This document shows positions 8,597-17,772 of a stretch of DNA of 41,270 nt, piece by piece; the stretch's first letter is position 1, and the number at the start of each line of letters is the position of its first letter. The stretch covers positions 1 through 41,270 of the forward strand of contig JAUQVI010000001.1 in assembly GCA_039794885.1 (NCBI GenBank). Reading direction: 5' to 3'. The notes under the pieces are model-generated. The model saw only the letters and a list, made by a program, of their open reading frames with translations. It was not told the origin of the DNA and did not search any database. A program made the position numbers and the translations under genes. The DNA is from Thermostichus sp. DG02_5_bins_236. GTDB lineage: Bacteria; Cyanobacteriota; Cyanobacteriia; Thermostichales; Thermostichaceae.

Positions 8597-9691
8597 CTAG
8601 CGTGTGAGCAAGTCGATCACCCGCCAGAGATTACCAATACTGGTGAGGGGTCGCAAAAGAATATTGATCGGGTTGAGGGCGATATCCAAACTGTCGGACA
8701 TTTCTGCTGCCCCGGAGGGGCGAACCACAATTACATCCGAGTTGCGCAGGGGAGGGTTGCTTTCCTCGCTAATGCCCTGAGCAAAATCGACCCCAATTTG
8801 CCGGGCTTCCACACTGCCATCAGGATTAAGTCGAATCAGTTCCACCTGCTGCTGGGCTTTGGGGGTAAACCCTCCTGCGGCCAAAATGGCCACATTCAAA
8901 GAAGCATTCGGGCTGAGGCTGACTGAGCCAGGACGGATGACTTCACCGACAACATTGATGGTGATGGTGTCTGGAGCAAAATTGGCGGCACTGAGCTGGC
9001 TAATTTCAGCAGGGCTAACCTGGCTGGCGACCGGAACTCGAATGGTGTCCCCGTCGTAGATGATCGGATCCTCACTAGCTGCTCCGTTCTGTAGCAGCTC
9101 CCAGAGGTTGACTTGCAACGTTTGCTCGCCACCATTGCGGGTTTGTCGGCGGATCTCGATGTTGCGAATATCAGCTTTTTGGGTGATACCGCCCGCCAGT
9201 TGTAGCAGCTGGGTCAAGCGGGGCACATCTTCCCGTAGGGTGGTTGCCCCCACCTCCAGTACCTCAGAGGCACCGGTTGTGCCCTGCTTGGGAGAGACTG
9301 TGTAGCCCCCTGGTCGGTTTACTTCCCCCACCACATTGATGCGAAAACCGCGCGTATCCAGAAGGCTGACATTGACGGAAGGATATTTCAAATAAAAGGC
9401 AAATTTTTGTTCTAAGTCTCCAGCCGCCTGCTGCAGCGTCATTCCTTCCACCGGTACTATACCCACGAGGGGCAAGGCCAAGGTGCCATCCAATAACACC
9501 TGCTGATCCCCACTCAGGCTAGGCTCATTCAAAACTGTTACTCGTACCCGATCCCCAGGACCCAGAATATAGGCCCGCTCCTGCCAGGTCAGGCGACCAT
9601 CCAGGCTGAGTGGAGGTTCAACCGCTAGGGCCACCCCAGGAAAACAGCTTAAACCCAGAGCGCAGGAAAGAAGCAAACCATGCCGTTTCAT
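8597..9691 (-). CDS. wza: Polysaccharide export outer-membrane protein (Wza/OPX family with SLBB repeats)
   Basis: Signal peptide, Poly_export motif YILGPGD...DGTLALPLVG, repeated VVGEV.RPG and AGG.T..A motifs. ATG 9691 chosen. Confidence 0.88.
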   Translation of the reverse strand: MKRHGLLLSCALGLSCFPGVALAVEPPLSLDGRLTWQERAYILGPGDRVRVTVLNEPSLSGDQQVLLDGTLALPLVGIVPVEGMTLQQAAGDLEQKFAFYLKYPSVNVSLLDTRGFRINVVGEVNRPGGYTVSPKQGTTGASEVLEVGATTLREDVPRLTQLLQLAGGITQKADIRNIEIRRQTRNGGEQTLQVNLWELLQNGAASEDPIIYDGDTIRVPVASQVSPAEISQLSAANFAPDTITINVVGEVIRPGSVSLSPNASLNVAILAAGGFTPKAQQQVELIRLNPDGSVEARQIGVDFAQGISEESNPPLRNSDVIVVRPSGAAEMSDSLDIALNPINILLRPLTSIGNLWRVIDLLTR

Positions 9692-9782
9692 GTCAGGGAT
9701 CCTCTTCTCCACTTCAGACTGTTCAAATCCATTGCTTTGGAATCCTTAGCAGTAACCTGCTGCAAGGTTCTTCCCCTTCCCC

Positions 9783-11276
9783 TCAACGCCCCATGCCAAT
9801 ATAGGTAAACCCTGCTTGGCGCATCTGCTGCGGAGAGAAAAAGTTACGGCCATCCACGATTAAGGCTCGCCGCATCCCTGCCGCCAACCGTTGGAAGTCC
9901 ACATTGGTAAACTCTGGCCATTCCGTTACCAAAACCAAAGCATCGCAGCCTTGGGCCAAACTCAGGGCATCCTGCTCCAACTGCACCCCCGCCAGGGATC
10001 CCTGGTTGGATTGAATAATCGGGTCGTAAGCTTTGACCTTGGCTCCCAATTTCAGCAGTTGTTCGATCACCGTTAGGGAAGGTGCATCCCGCATGTCATC
10101 AGTATTGGGTTTGAAGGTGAGTCCCAATAGGCCAATGGTTTTCCCCTTCAGAACTTTCAATTCCTGCTGCAGCTTTTCTACGACCCGCAGCCGCTGCTGA
10201 TGATTGGTTTCGATCACCGCTGCCAAAATGGGAGTAGCACAGTGGTAATCTGTCCCCGTTCGCACCAAGGCTGATACATCCTTAGGAAAACAGCTCCCCC
10301 CCCAGCCAATACCGGCATTGAGAAACTTAGGGCCAATGCGAGAATCAAGGCCAATGCCTCTTGCTACCTCTGTAACATCGGCCCCCACCCGTTCACAAAT
10401 GGTGGCGACTTCGTTGATAAAGCTAATCTTGGTGGCCAAAAAGGCGTTGGCGGCATATTTCACCATTTCTGCAGAGGCCAAATCCGTCACCAAAAAGGGT
10501 ACCGGCAGTTGCGCAGCTGTGGTTGCCTCCGGATCCCAGCTGTGGTTGATGATCGGTTCGTACAGTTGCCGCATGATCGCGACGGCAGTGGCGCTATCCG
10601 AGCCGATGACAATACGGTCGGGATGAAAGGTATCCCAGATGGCGCTGCCTTCTCTTAAAAATTCCGGATTGCTGACCACATCAAAGTGGGGCAACACAGA
10701 CTCCAAATCAAAGCGCCTTGGATTGCCGTGGGATCCCACCAACACTGAACTGCCCACCAATAATTCCTCTTTAGCTGCCTGGGCGGCTCCATCCAGGATC
10801 ATCATGCGCACCCAATCCCCAGAGCCAATCGGCACTGTGGATTTATTGACAACGACTCGGTAACGAGAACGCGTTTGAGTACGGACTAAGCCCTGCCCAA
10901 TGCCACGGGCCACGGCTTCCACGTACTGCAAATTCGGATCCCCGGAGGGCAAAGCCGGAGTGCCAACCGTAATGAAGATAATGTCCCCAAATTCGATGCC
11001 GCGGTTGAGGTCAGTAGTGAATTGAATGGATCCTGAAGAGATGGATTCTACAGAGGTAGAAGTAGGTTCATGGCCTACAGATCTATCTACAGATCCATAA
11101 GTATGACGGCAAACAATCGATTCCAACCCTGGCTCATAAATGGGAATCTTTCCAGCTTGTAGAGCCGTAACTTTGTCACGGTTATTATCCACACAAATCA
11201 CCTGATGACCAATTTCAGCCAAGCAGGCCCCTGTTACCAAACCGACATAACCCGTGCCAATTACAGTTACATTCAT
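9783..11276 (-). CDS. ugd: UDP-glucose 6-dehydrogenase
   Basis: VIGTGYVG, NKSTVP, SNPEFLREG, GGSCFPKD (catalytic Cys), FKPNTDDMR, DGRN. ATG after AGGAAGG. Confidence 0.93.
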   Translation of the reverse strand: MNVTVIGTGYVGLVTGACLAEIGHQVICVDNNRDKVTALQAGKIPIYEPGLESIVCRHTYGSVDRSVGHEPTSTSVESISSGSIQFTTDLNRGIEFGDIIFITVGTPALPSGDPNLQYVEAVARGIGQGLVRTQTRSRYRVVVNKSTVPIGSGDWVRMMILDGAAQAAKEELLVGSSVLVGSHGNPRRFDLESVLPHFDVVSNPEFLREGSAIWDTFHPDRIVIGSDSATAVAIMRQLYEPIINHSWDPEATTAAQLPVPFLVTDLASAEMVKYAANAFLATKISFINEVATICERVGADVTEVARGIGLDSRIGPKFLNAGIGWGGSCFPKDVSALVRTGTDYHCATPILAAVIETNHQQRLRVVEKLQQELKVLKGKTIGLLGLTFKPNTDDMRDAPSLTVIEQLLKLGAKVKAYDPIIQSNQGSLAGVQLEQDALSLAQGCDALVLVTEWPEFTNVDFQRLAAGMRRALIVDGRNFFSPQQMRQAGFTYIGMGR

Positions 11277-11381
11277 AGTTGGGCTTACCTTCCTAATAAG
11301 CTTCGAACAAACTACAGCTTTTACCTGCTTCATACCTGTAAAGCCTAAGACGAAGCAGGATCTCGTCGGGTATTGTGATGA

Positions 11382-11657
11382 TCAAGCGGAGGGTCTCCAA
11401 GTCAAATTGGGTTCAGCAGGCCGAAAGACTTCAGAGGTAGCACAGTAGGTACCCAAAAAGCTCTCCCGCTTCACTCTAGAACTACTGCTGGAGCCATTTC
11501 CGCTCAAGACCCGGCACCGATAAATGTGAATCTCCCCTTGCCGCAAGAAAATACCATTGCAGAGCAGGTGTTCTAGAGAAGCTCCTGCCCCAACAGGTTT
11601 AGCCCGACCGGGATCTCCTTCAGAACTGGCAGGGTAGGCTATGTACAAATAACTCAT
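11382..11657 (-). CDS. Hypothetical 91-aa protein within the EPS operon
   Basis: ATG 11 nt after the hepC stop, preceded by GAGG. Co-oriented and fills most of the hepC-ugd gap. No recognised motif. Confidence 0.45.
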   Translation of the reverse strand: MSYLYIAYPASSEGDPGRAKPVGAGASLEHLLCNGIFLRQGEIHIYRCRVLSGNGSSSSSRVKRESFLGTYCATSEVFRPAEPNLTWRPSA

Positions 11658-11668
11658 GGTCAAATTCC

Positions 11669-12610
11669 TCAAAAAGCGCCGAAACCGGTTGCAACCTTGG
11701 GCAATGTTTGCAGGAGAATTGATAGATCCCTGAGCAAAGACCAATGGCCTAAATACTGCAAATCCACACGATTGACGATCTCCAAATCCAGCTGGGTTGA
11801 ACGTGCCGACACCTGCCAAGCTCCGGTGATGCCCGGTAAGGCGAGCATCCGATGTCGGCAGGAGGCAGGGATCCGAATCGCGTCGTAAATAGCCCAGGGA
11901 CGTGGCCCCACCAGACTCATTTGCCCTAACATCACATTGAACAGTTGGGGTAACTCATCGATGCTGTACTTGCGCATCCAACGCCCGATTGGGGTGATGC
12001 GAGGGTCATCCTGACGCTTGTGCAAACCATTCTGGTTGCCCATGACTTGATGATGCAATTTGTCTGCATTGGGCACCATAGTGCGGAACTTGATGATGCG
12101 AAATAATCTGCCCCCATGCCCAACCCGCCATTGTTTGAAGAAGAAAGGGCCAGGAGAAGAAATGAGCATTAGTAACATCACCCCGAGAAAAACCGGGATC
12201 AAGCACAACAAACCGAAAGCCGCCGCCAGACGATCCAACCAACGCTTCACTTGCCAGGGCAATGGATGCCGTTGCTCCGGCAACCAGAACAGAGACGGTG
12301 TGCTTAACTGCATGGATGCTGGCCGACCCGTTTGAGCTGCCAAATCGACCCAAAGATGGATGTCCTGCTGGGGCAGAGACGGATCCAGAAAAATTCGTCG
12401 GGCAGAACTGTACCGTAGCCAACTGAGAACAGCTGGGCGGGAATCCCAATCCGTCATGGAATCCCGTTGCCACTGGGGCGCAGGCTGAACAAATAGGGAT
12501 CCCTTGAACTGCTTCAGGATCCAGCAGTGAAAATGGAAGCTGAGAAACATCTCCTCTGGTAAAAGCGCTGGAGAGGGCCTTGCTGCCTGTAGAACCAACT
12601 CTGAAACCAT
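11669..12610 (-). CDS. hepC: Priming sugar transferase (undecaprenyl-phosphate glycosylphosphotransferase), HepC type
   Basis: KRWLD, KFRTM, DDPRITPIGRWMRKYSIDELPQL, MSLVGPRP, PGITG, plus a cyanobacterial HepC-like N-terminal extension. Confidence 0.85.
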   Translation of the reverse strand: MVSELVLQAARPSPALLPEEMFLSFHFHCWILKQFKGSLFVQPAPQWQRDSMTDWDSRPAVLSWLRYSSARRIFLDPSLPQQDIHLWVDLAAQTGRPASMQLSTPSLFWLPEQRHPLPWQVKRWLDRLAAAFGLLCLIPVFLGVMLLMLISSPGPFFFKQWRVGHGGRLFRIIKFRTMVPNADKLHHQVMGNQNGLHKRQDDPRITPIGRWMRKYSIDELPQLFNVMLGQMSLVGPRPWAIYDAIRIPASCRHRMLALPGITGAWQVSARSTQLDLEIVNRVDLQYLGHWSLLRDLSILLQTLPKVATGFGAF

Positions 12611-12660
12611 AATCAAGCCGATGAGTATAGGTGAAGAAAGATGGACAGTTGGGATCCCAA

Positions 12661-12975
12661 TCAAAGACAAGCTTCGGTAACAACCTGAATTAACCCTTCC
12701 GAAGCAAGCGATTGGACTAGATTCAGCACCTCCTGTTCGCACACCTGCGGATCCACCTCATAGTCCTCTAGCAAGCAGTTCAAGAGATGGCCGATTCGAA
12801 TTGGGCTCTTCATAAGAGTCCAAATGTAAAAACCAATGGGGTTGAAGCCGTAGTAAACCCCAGAATCCAAATCCAGTAAGACAGCTCCATCTTCAAGAGA
12901 GGAGGAAACCTGATTGCCGGCACACACAACAGTGCTGTCAACCGTGATGGCAGGTGCAGTTTTCAACACGCTCAT
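12661..12975 (-). CDS. PqqD-family / RiPP recognition element protein (lasso B1-like)
   Basis: 104 aa with the pattern L.DGAVLLDLDSGVYYGFNPIG..IW.L...L...YEVD...CEQEV..L...L...GLI. RBS GGAG 7 nt before ATG. Confidence 0.88.
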   Translation of the reverse strand: MSVLKTAPAITVDSTVVCAGNQVSSSLEDGAVLLDLDSGVYYGFNPIGFYIWTLMKSPIRIGHLLNCLLEDYEVDPQVCEQEVLNLVQSLASEGLIQVVTEACL

Positions 12976-13390
12976 GGTTAAACTCCACAGTGTCAAATCC
13001 GCTCAGATCACCGCAAGGAACGTGGCAAATCAAGCAACAGAGCCACCGCACACCCGCAAAAGACCTCAGAGGCAGAGCGGAATACTCTCTGAGTTTGCCT
13101 AGTTCTGAGGGAAAGTGCATCTTTCTTTATATTTTCTTTAGATTTACTCATGATCTGCTCACAGGAAGCATTTTCTCGGTATCCATCCACTCTTTTCGGA
13201 GAGCAGCCCCTTTGCAATTCGGTTAAATATAAATAAATTCTTAAGAAAGATAGATCTCGATGATGGAGCATGTCTTACTTGCAATGTCTGCCTCCACAAG
13301 CTCTGTTGTCGAACGGTGGGTAGCACCTAGGAGTTCAGGCTGGGTTGAAAGCCTTGGCCCTAGTAGGTTCTGGTAGAGTTGGTTTTCCGG
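12976..13390. promoter_or_regulatory. Divergent promoter region of the EPS locus
   Basis: Non-coding gap between oppositely oriented operons with AT-rich tracts (13119-13150, 13223-13256). TTTCTTTA occurs twice at 11-bp spacing. Confidence 0.65.
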
Positions 13391-14470
13391 ATGATGTCCA
13401 CCCATTTGCAAATTCTGCCGCCCTCTGTTCCGACGAAAGCGTTGGGGCAGGTGTTTGCTGTGGACTTGTTAGGGCGTCAACTGCACTGCATGACAGCTCC
13501 CGCTTTGGTGGAAGAAATCTGGCAAGCCTGTCGCCACAACCAGCGTCGGGTGATTGCCCACTGCAATGTGCACGGGTTCAATCTTTCAATGATCTGCCCC
13601 CGGTTTTATCGCTTCTTGCAGTCAGCAGATATTGTCCATTGCGACGGTATTGGCATTCTCAAGGCGATTGGCTACTTGGGCAGGCTGAAGCTGCCGGTGG
13701 AGTATCGAGTCTCCTACACCATTCTCATGCCACTCCTGCTGGAGCGTTGCCAACGGGAAGGACTGTCTCTATACCTGCTGGGGGGGAACCCGACTCACTT
13801 GGAGAGAGCCCTGAGCAACTTGCGGTTGCTTTATCCTCATCTTCAGGTAACCGGCCACCACGGCTACTTTGCTGCAGAAGATCCCGAAGAGAATGCAGCC
13901 ATTGTGGAATCGATCCGCGCCAGCGGTTGCCAGATCTTGATCGTCGGCATGGGTATGCCCAGGCAAGAGTACTGGATTGAACACCATCGGGATCACCTGA
14001 CTGTGAATGCCATTCTTTCCGGTGGAGCTGTGGTTGACCGCTTGGCGGGAGTCGTACCCGATTGTCCGAAGTGGCTATCCGATGTCGGTTTGGAATGGCT
14101 GTATCGGTTGTCTCGCGAACCGCAGCGATTATCCGTTCGCTACCTGCTGGGAAACCCCACGTTTGTCTTGACGTTGGCTTTGGCTCGTCTGCAAGGATTT
14201 CGCGTGTCTTGGGTTGAGCAGACGGATCCCGCAGAACTGACTCTGCCTGTCTGGCAAGTGCAGCCTCCTGAAGAGGCCAAAATCCGCTTGCTAGGCCAGG
14301 TGCTGACCGAATCGGGAATCCTTAACCCCACCCAGCTCGAGGAAGCTCTGGTGGAGCACCGGTTGACGGGCAAACCTTTTCGAGAGGTCATTTCACGCCA
14401 TGGCTGGGCACGTGAAGAAGCTCTGGAAGTAGTGATCGAGAAGTTGCTGCGGACGGAGATATCCAGGTGA
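13391..14470 (+). CDS. WecB/TagA/CpsF (GT26) glycosyltransferase with a C-terminal MshEN-like domain
   Basis: CDGIG, GHHGYF, VGMGMPRQE, LEWLYRLSREPQRL..RY. C-terminal RLLGQVLTESGILNPTQLEEALVEH. Confidence 0.9.
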   Translation: MMSTHLQILPPSVPTKALGQVFAVDLLGRQLHCMTAPALVEEIWQACRHNQRRVIAHCNVHGFNLSMICPRFYRFLQSADIVHCDGIGILKAIGYLGRLKLPVEYRVSYTILMPLLLERCQREGLSLYLLGGNPTHLERALSNLRLLYPHLQVTGHHGYFAAEDPEENAAIVESIRASGCQILIVGMGMPRQEYWIEHHRDHLTVNAILSGGAVVDRLAGVVPDCPKWLSDVGLEWLYRLSREPQRLSVRYLLGNPTFVLTLALARLQGFRVSWVEQTDPAELTLPVWQVQPPEEAKIRLLGQVLTESGILNPTQLEEALVEHRLTGKPFREVISRHGWAREEALEVVIEKLLRTEISR

Positions 14471-14516
14471 TTGGGGCTGAGGGTTTGAGGGGTTCAGCAG
14501 AACTGTTGGGGGTGCG

Positions 14517-15611
14517 ATGAAGATCTTGCATGCTCTTTACCAATCCAAAACTGGCACAGGCACCCTTCAGGTGGTACTGGACTTGCAGACCTCAGCGCAG
14601 GCAGCAGGACACACAGTATCCATCCTGGCTAGAGATGCACAGGTGTTTGCACAAGCCGGGGCAGAGCGGTTTTTCACTGGCAACAAGTTTTGGGATTGGT
14701 TGCGGTTTGGGCAGCGAATAGCCCGAGATTCTCCTGATCTGGTGCATGTGCATGATCGCTATTGCTCCCTGCTGTTGCGAGGGATCCCCAATCGCCCCCC
14801 CAGTGTGCAAACCAACCATATTGCCTACACCACTCGTCGCCGCTTCACTCTTTTGGCAGATGTTGTGGTTGGGTGCTCCGAGGCGATGGATCGTCATCAT
14901 GCTGAGTTCTTTAACCTGCCCTCTCACCGTCGAGCCGTTATCCAGAATGGCATCACAGCCCGTTTGCCTCGGCCAGAGCAGGTGGCCAGGTTAGGGCAGT
15001 CTCTGCCGGGAGAGAAAAAAAAGCTTTGCCTGACGGTTGCCCGACTGGAACCGGAAAAAGGACACCGCTATTTGCTGGAGGCTATTGCCGGATTGGATCC
15101 GGCTCTGCGCCAAGAATGGGGGTTTGTCATGGCGGGTTCCGGCTCTCTGGAAAACTCTCTCCAAAAGCAGGCGCAGCAGCTGGGCCTGGACACCGACGTG
15201 TTTTGGGTCGGCCACACGCCTCAGGTACCGGAGTGGCTGGCTTTGGCTGAGGTGTTCGTCTTGCCTTCTCTCCTAGAAGGGTTGCCTCTTTCTTTGCTGG
15301 AAGCGATGGCTGCTGGGCTGGCTTGTTTGGCGACGGATGTGGGTGGTACTGCTGAGGCCTTGCATTCCTATCGAAATGGGTTGTTGATCCCGCCAGAGGA
15401 TGTACCTGCCCTAGGGGAAGGGTTGACCCAACTGCTGGGCAATGCTCAACTGCGCCGACAGCTTGGGCAAGCTGCTCGTGCTGATTACGAGCGCCATTGG
15501 CGGTTTGAGCGCACCTGGCAACAGTACGAAACTCTCTATCAGCACTTGTACCGCGCCGCTTTGCACGCCCCTACTGTCTCACCTAACTCTCTTACCCCGC
15601 GACTGCCATGA
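14517..15611 (+). CDS. Glycosyltransferase family 4
   Basis: VARLEPEKG, FVLPSLLEGLPLSLLEAMAAG (EX7E), TDVGG. Confidence 0.9.
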   Translation: MKILHALYQSKTGTGTLQVVLDLQTSAQAAGHTVSILARDAQVFAQAGAERFFTGNKFWDWLRFGQRIARDSPDLVHVHDRYCSLLLRGIPNRPPSVQTNHIAYTTRRRFTLLADVVVGCSEAMDRHHAEFFNLPSHRRAVIQNGITARLPRPEQVARLGQSLPGEKKKLCLTVARLEPEKGHRYLLEAIAGLDPALRQEWGFVMAGSGSLENSLQKQAQQLGLDTDVFWVGHTPQVPEWLALAEVFVLPSLLEGLPLSLLEAMAAGLACLATDVGGTAEALHSYRNGLLIPPEDVPALGEGLTQLLGNAQLRRQLGQAARADYERHWRFERTWQQYETLYQHLYRAALHAPTVSPNSLTPRLP

Positions 15612-17767
15612 CTTTTGATTCTGCCTACGCTATGCCTGTGCGTCGTCCCCTGCCGGAACGGGTGATACGTGCTTTCTTACCCGAATCTTGGTTGTTTCTG
15701 CTGGTTCTGATTGCCGTGTTGGGGCCGGCGGTGTACTGGATTCGGCGCATCCCTCCCATTTACCAGGCTCATTCGGAGTTGTTGATCGAGTCCCCTCGCA
15801 GTGTGGAGCGCTTGGTCTCAGGGGGAAATAATTCGGGGGTGAGTAACCTGGATACGGTTGGCGATCGAGTCAACCCGATCAACAACCAAATCGCCCTGAT
15901 CCGTTCCACTCCCATTTTTGAAAAGGCTCTCGAGCAGGCGGGACTGGAGCGACAAGAGGTTCCCCAAGGGGCACTTGGAGTGAAGCTGCTAGGGGGGACT
16001 GATCTAGTGGAAATCAGCTATTCCTCCACAGATCCAGAATTGCCACCGAAGGTTGTCGCTGCCATCACTGAGGTCTATATACAAGAGAACCTACGACTGA
16101 ACCGAGAGAGAGCCTCTCAGGCGCGGCGGGCCATAGAACGCCAATTACCAGAGCTACAGGAGGATCTGCGCAAAGCCCAAGATGCGTTAGAAGCCTTCCA
16201 ACAGGAAAATCGCTTCTTGGGAGGTGGCAGTGAGACGGCGGATGTGACTCGTACTCTGAATGAGATGCACCAGCGGGTGCAAGCGGCTCAGGTGGAGCTT
16301 TCTTCAACAGTACAGCGGATCGAAAGCCTGCAGGGTCAGCTGCCAGAGGATCCCGATGCTGCATTACGGGTTGTCGGCCTGAGTCGGGATCCCAACTTTC
16401 AAGCCCTGCGCGCGGATCTGGTCAAAGCAGAGACGGAATTGGCTCAGTTGCAATCCCGCTACACCGATCAAAATCCCCAGGTGCTCAGTGCTCTGGAAAA
16501 GAAAGAGCGCTTAGCTGGTCTCCTTCGAGACTACTCCATACGGGCTTTGGGGGAGCAAGCCGGATTCGATCTGGCCATCCCGGATCCCGTTCAGCAGGGC
16601 TTGGTGGAGAAATGGTTTGAGCTAGGGGTAGAACGTGCCGCTCAGAATGCACGCCTAGGTCAACTAAGCAGTCAGTTTGCGGAGATTCAAAGCCGCTACA
16701 ACGAGCTGCCTCAACTCATGAAAGAGCATAGTCAGTTGCAACTGGCTTTGGAGCGCGCCCGCCAGACCTACTTGATCTTCAGTGAAAACCTTGCCTCTAG
16801 CCGTAGTCTCGAGCAACAAAGTTTAGGCAATGTGCGGGTGATCGAGCCACCCAGCCAGCGAAGCGTTCCGATTGGTCCCAATCGCAAACCTCTTTATGCT
16901 GTGGCACTGGTTTTGGGCACTCTCTCAGGGCTAGGAGCCGTGTGGATTAAGGTTGCCACCAACAACAAGCTGCGTACTCTACCGGAGTTGCGAGATATTC
17001 TGCCGTTGCCTGTCCTCAGTGCGGTGCCCTGGGGGGGAGTTGAGAAGCTGGCGGATCCCAGTTTTGGAAAGGAGAACCCTCTGCTGGATGGCTATCAAAC
17101 TTTGCAAGCTCACATGCGCATGCTGCCGCGAGAGGTGCACACTATTGCCATTGCCAGTTGGTCTCGTCCCGAAGGGAGTGGGTTGGTGGCCGAAAACCTA
17201 GCCCTTCTAGAAGCGCAAATTCGTCGCCGAGTTCTGTTGGTACGGGCCAACACCAATGAGGTGGGATCCCCTCATTTGAGCCGTTTTGATGCCACTACTC
17301 TGGAGGAGCGAGATTTAAAAGATCTGGCAGAAGAGGAACGGCAATGGCGGGAGTGGCTACAAACTCAAACCACAGGGAACCCCAACGGTTCTAAGACCAG
17401 TGCCGAATTACGCGGATTCGATGTGTTGACTTATCAAGTGGGGCTCTCCCTTTCTGCCTACAAAAAATGGTCAATGCTTTTGGCTCGGTTGCGCAAGCGC
17501 TATGACTTGGTGATTTTGGATTGTCCACCTGTTTCCCAAGGCTCAGCGGCGACGTTACTGGCTTCTTTGTGTGATGGGGTGCTTTGGGTTGCAGCTCCCC
17601 AGCAATTAGGACGAAGGGGAGCAGCCGCAGCAGCAGAGACCTTACGCACTTGGGATACTCGCCTACTGGGTCAAGTTGTGGTGGGAACAGGTGCTCATGC
17701 TGTTGTCAATGGACATCCTCGATTGGGCAAACCCAAAGCCCAAAGCCTATTGCCTGAGGGGGTTTAG
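15608..17767 (+). CDS. wzc: Polysaccharide co-polymerase (Wzc/GumC) with a degenerate tyrosine-kinase domain
   Basis: N-terminal TM then PIYQA, long coiled coil with YTDQNPQV, Pro-rich segment and second TM, cytoplasmic CapB-like domain with YDLVILDCPP. ATGA overlap with the upstream GT. Confidence 0.88.
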   Translation: MTFDSAYAMPVRRPLPERVIRAFLPESWLFLLVLIAVLGPAVYWIRRIPPIYQAHSELLIESPRSVERLVSGGNNSGVSNLDTVGDRVNPINNQIALIRSTPIFEKALEQAGLERQEVPQGALGVKLLGGTDLVEISYSSTDPELPPKVVAAITEVYIQENLRLNRERASQARRAIERQLPELQEDLRKAQDALEAFQQENRFLGGGSETADVTRTLNEMHQRVQAAQVELSSTVQRIESLQGQLPEDPDAALRVVGLSRDPNFQALRADLVKAETELAQLQSRYTDQNPQVLSALEKKERLAGLLRDYSIRALGEQAGFDLAIPDPVQQGLVEKWFELGVERAAQNARLGQLSSQFAEIQSRYNELPQLMKEHSQLQLALERARQTYLIFSENLASSRSLEQQSLGNVRVIEPPSQRSVPIGPNRKPLYAVALVLGTLSGLGAVWIKVATNNKLRTLPELRDILPLPVLSAVPWGGVEKLADPSFGKENPLLDGYQTLQAHMRMLPREVHTIAIASWSRPEGSGLVAENLALLEAQIRRRVLLVRANTNEVGSPHLSRFDATTLEERDLKDLAEEERQWREWLQTQTTGNPNGSKTSAELRGFDVLTYQVGLSLSAYKKWSMLLARLRKRYDLVILDCPPVSQGSAATLLASLCDGVLWVAAPQQLGRRGAAAAAETLRTWDTRLLGQVVVGTGAHAVVNGHPRLGKPKAQSLLPEGV

Positions 17768-17772
17768 GAGCA

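Noticed and set aside
12938-13271. Short minus-strand ORFs upstream of the RRE (60-aa Cys-rich; 47-87-aa MSKSKENIKK...) as RiPP precursors
   Set aside because: No YxxPxL/WxxP leader, no PqqA ExxxY core and no clear RBS. One overlaps the RRE start, and they cross the AT-rich promoter. Not supportable without conservation data.
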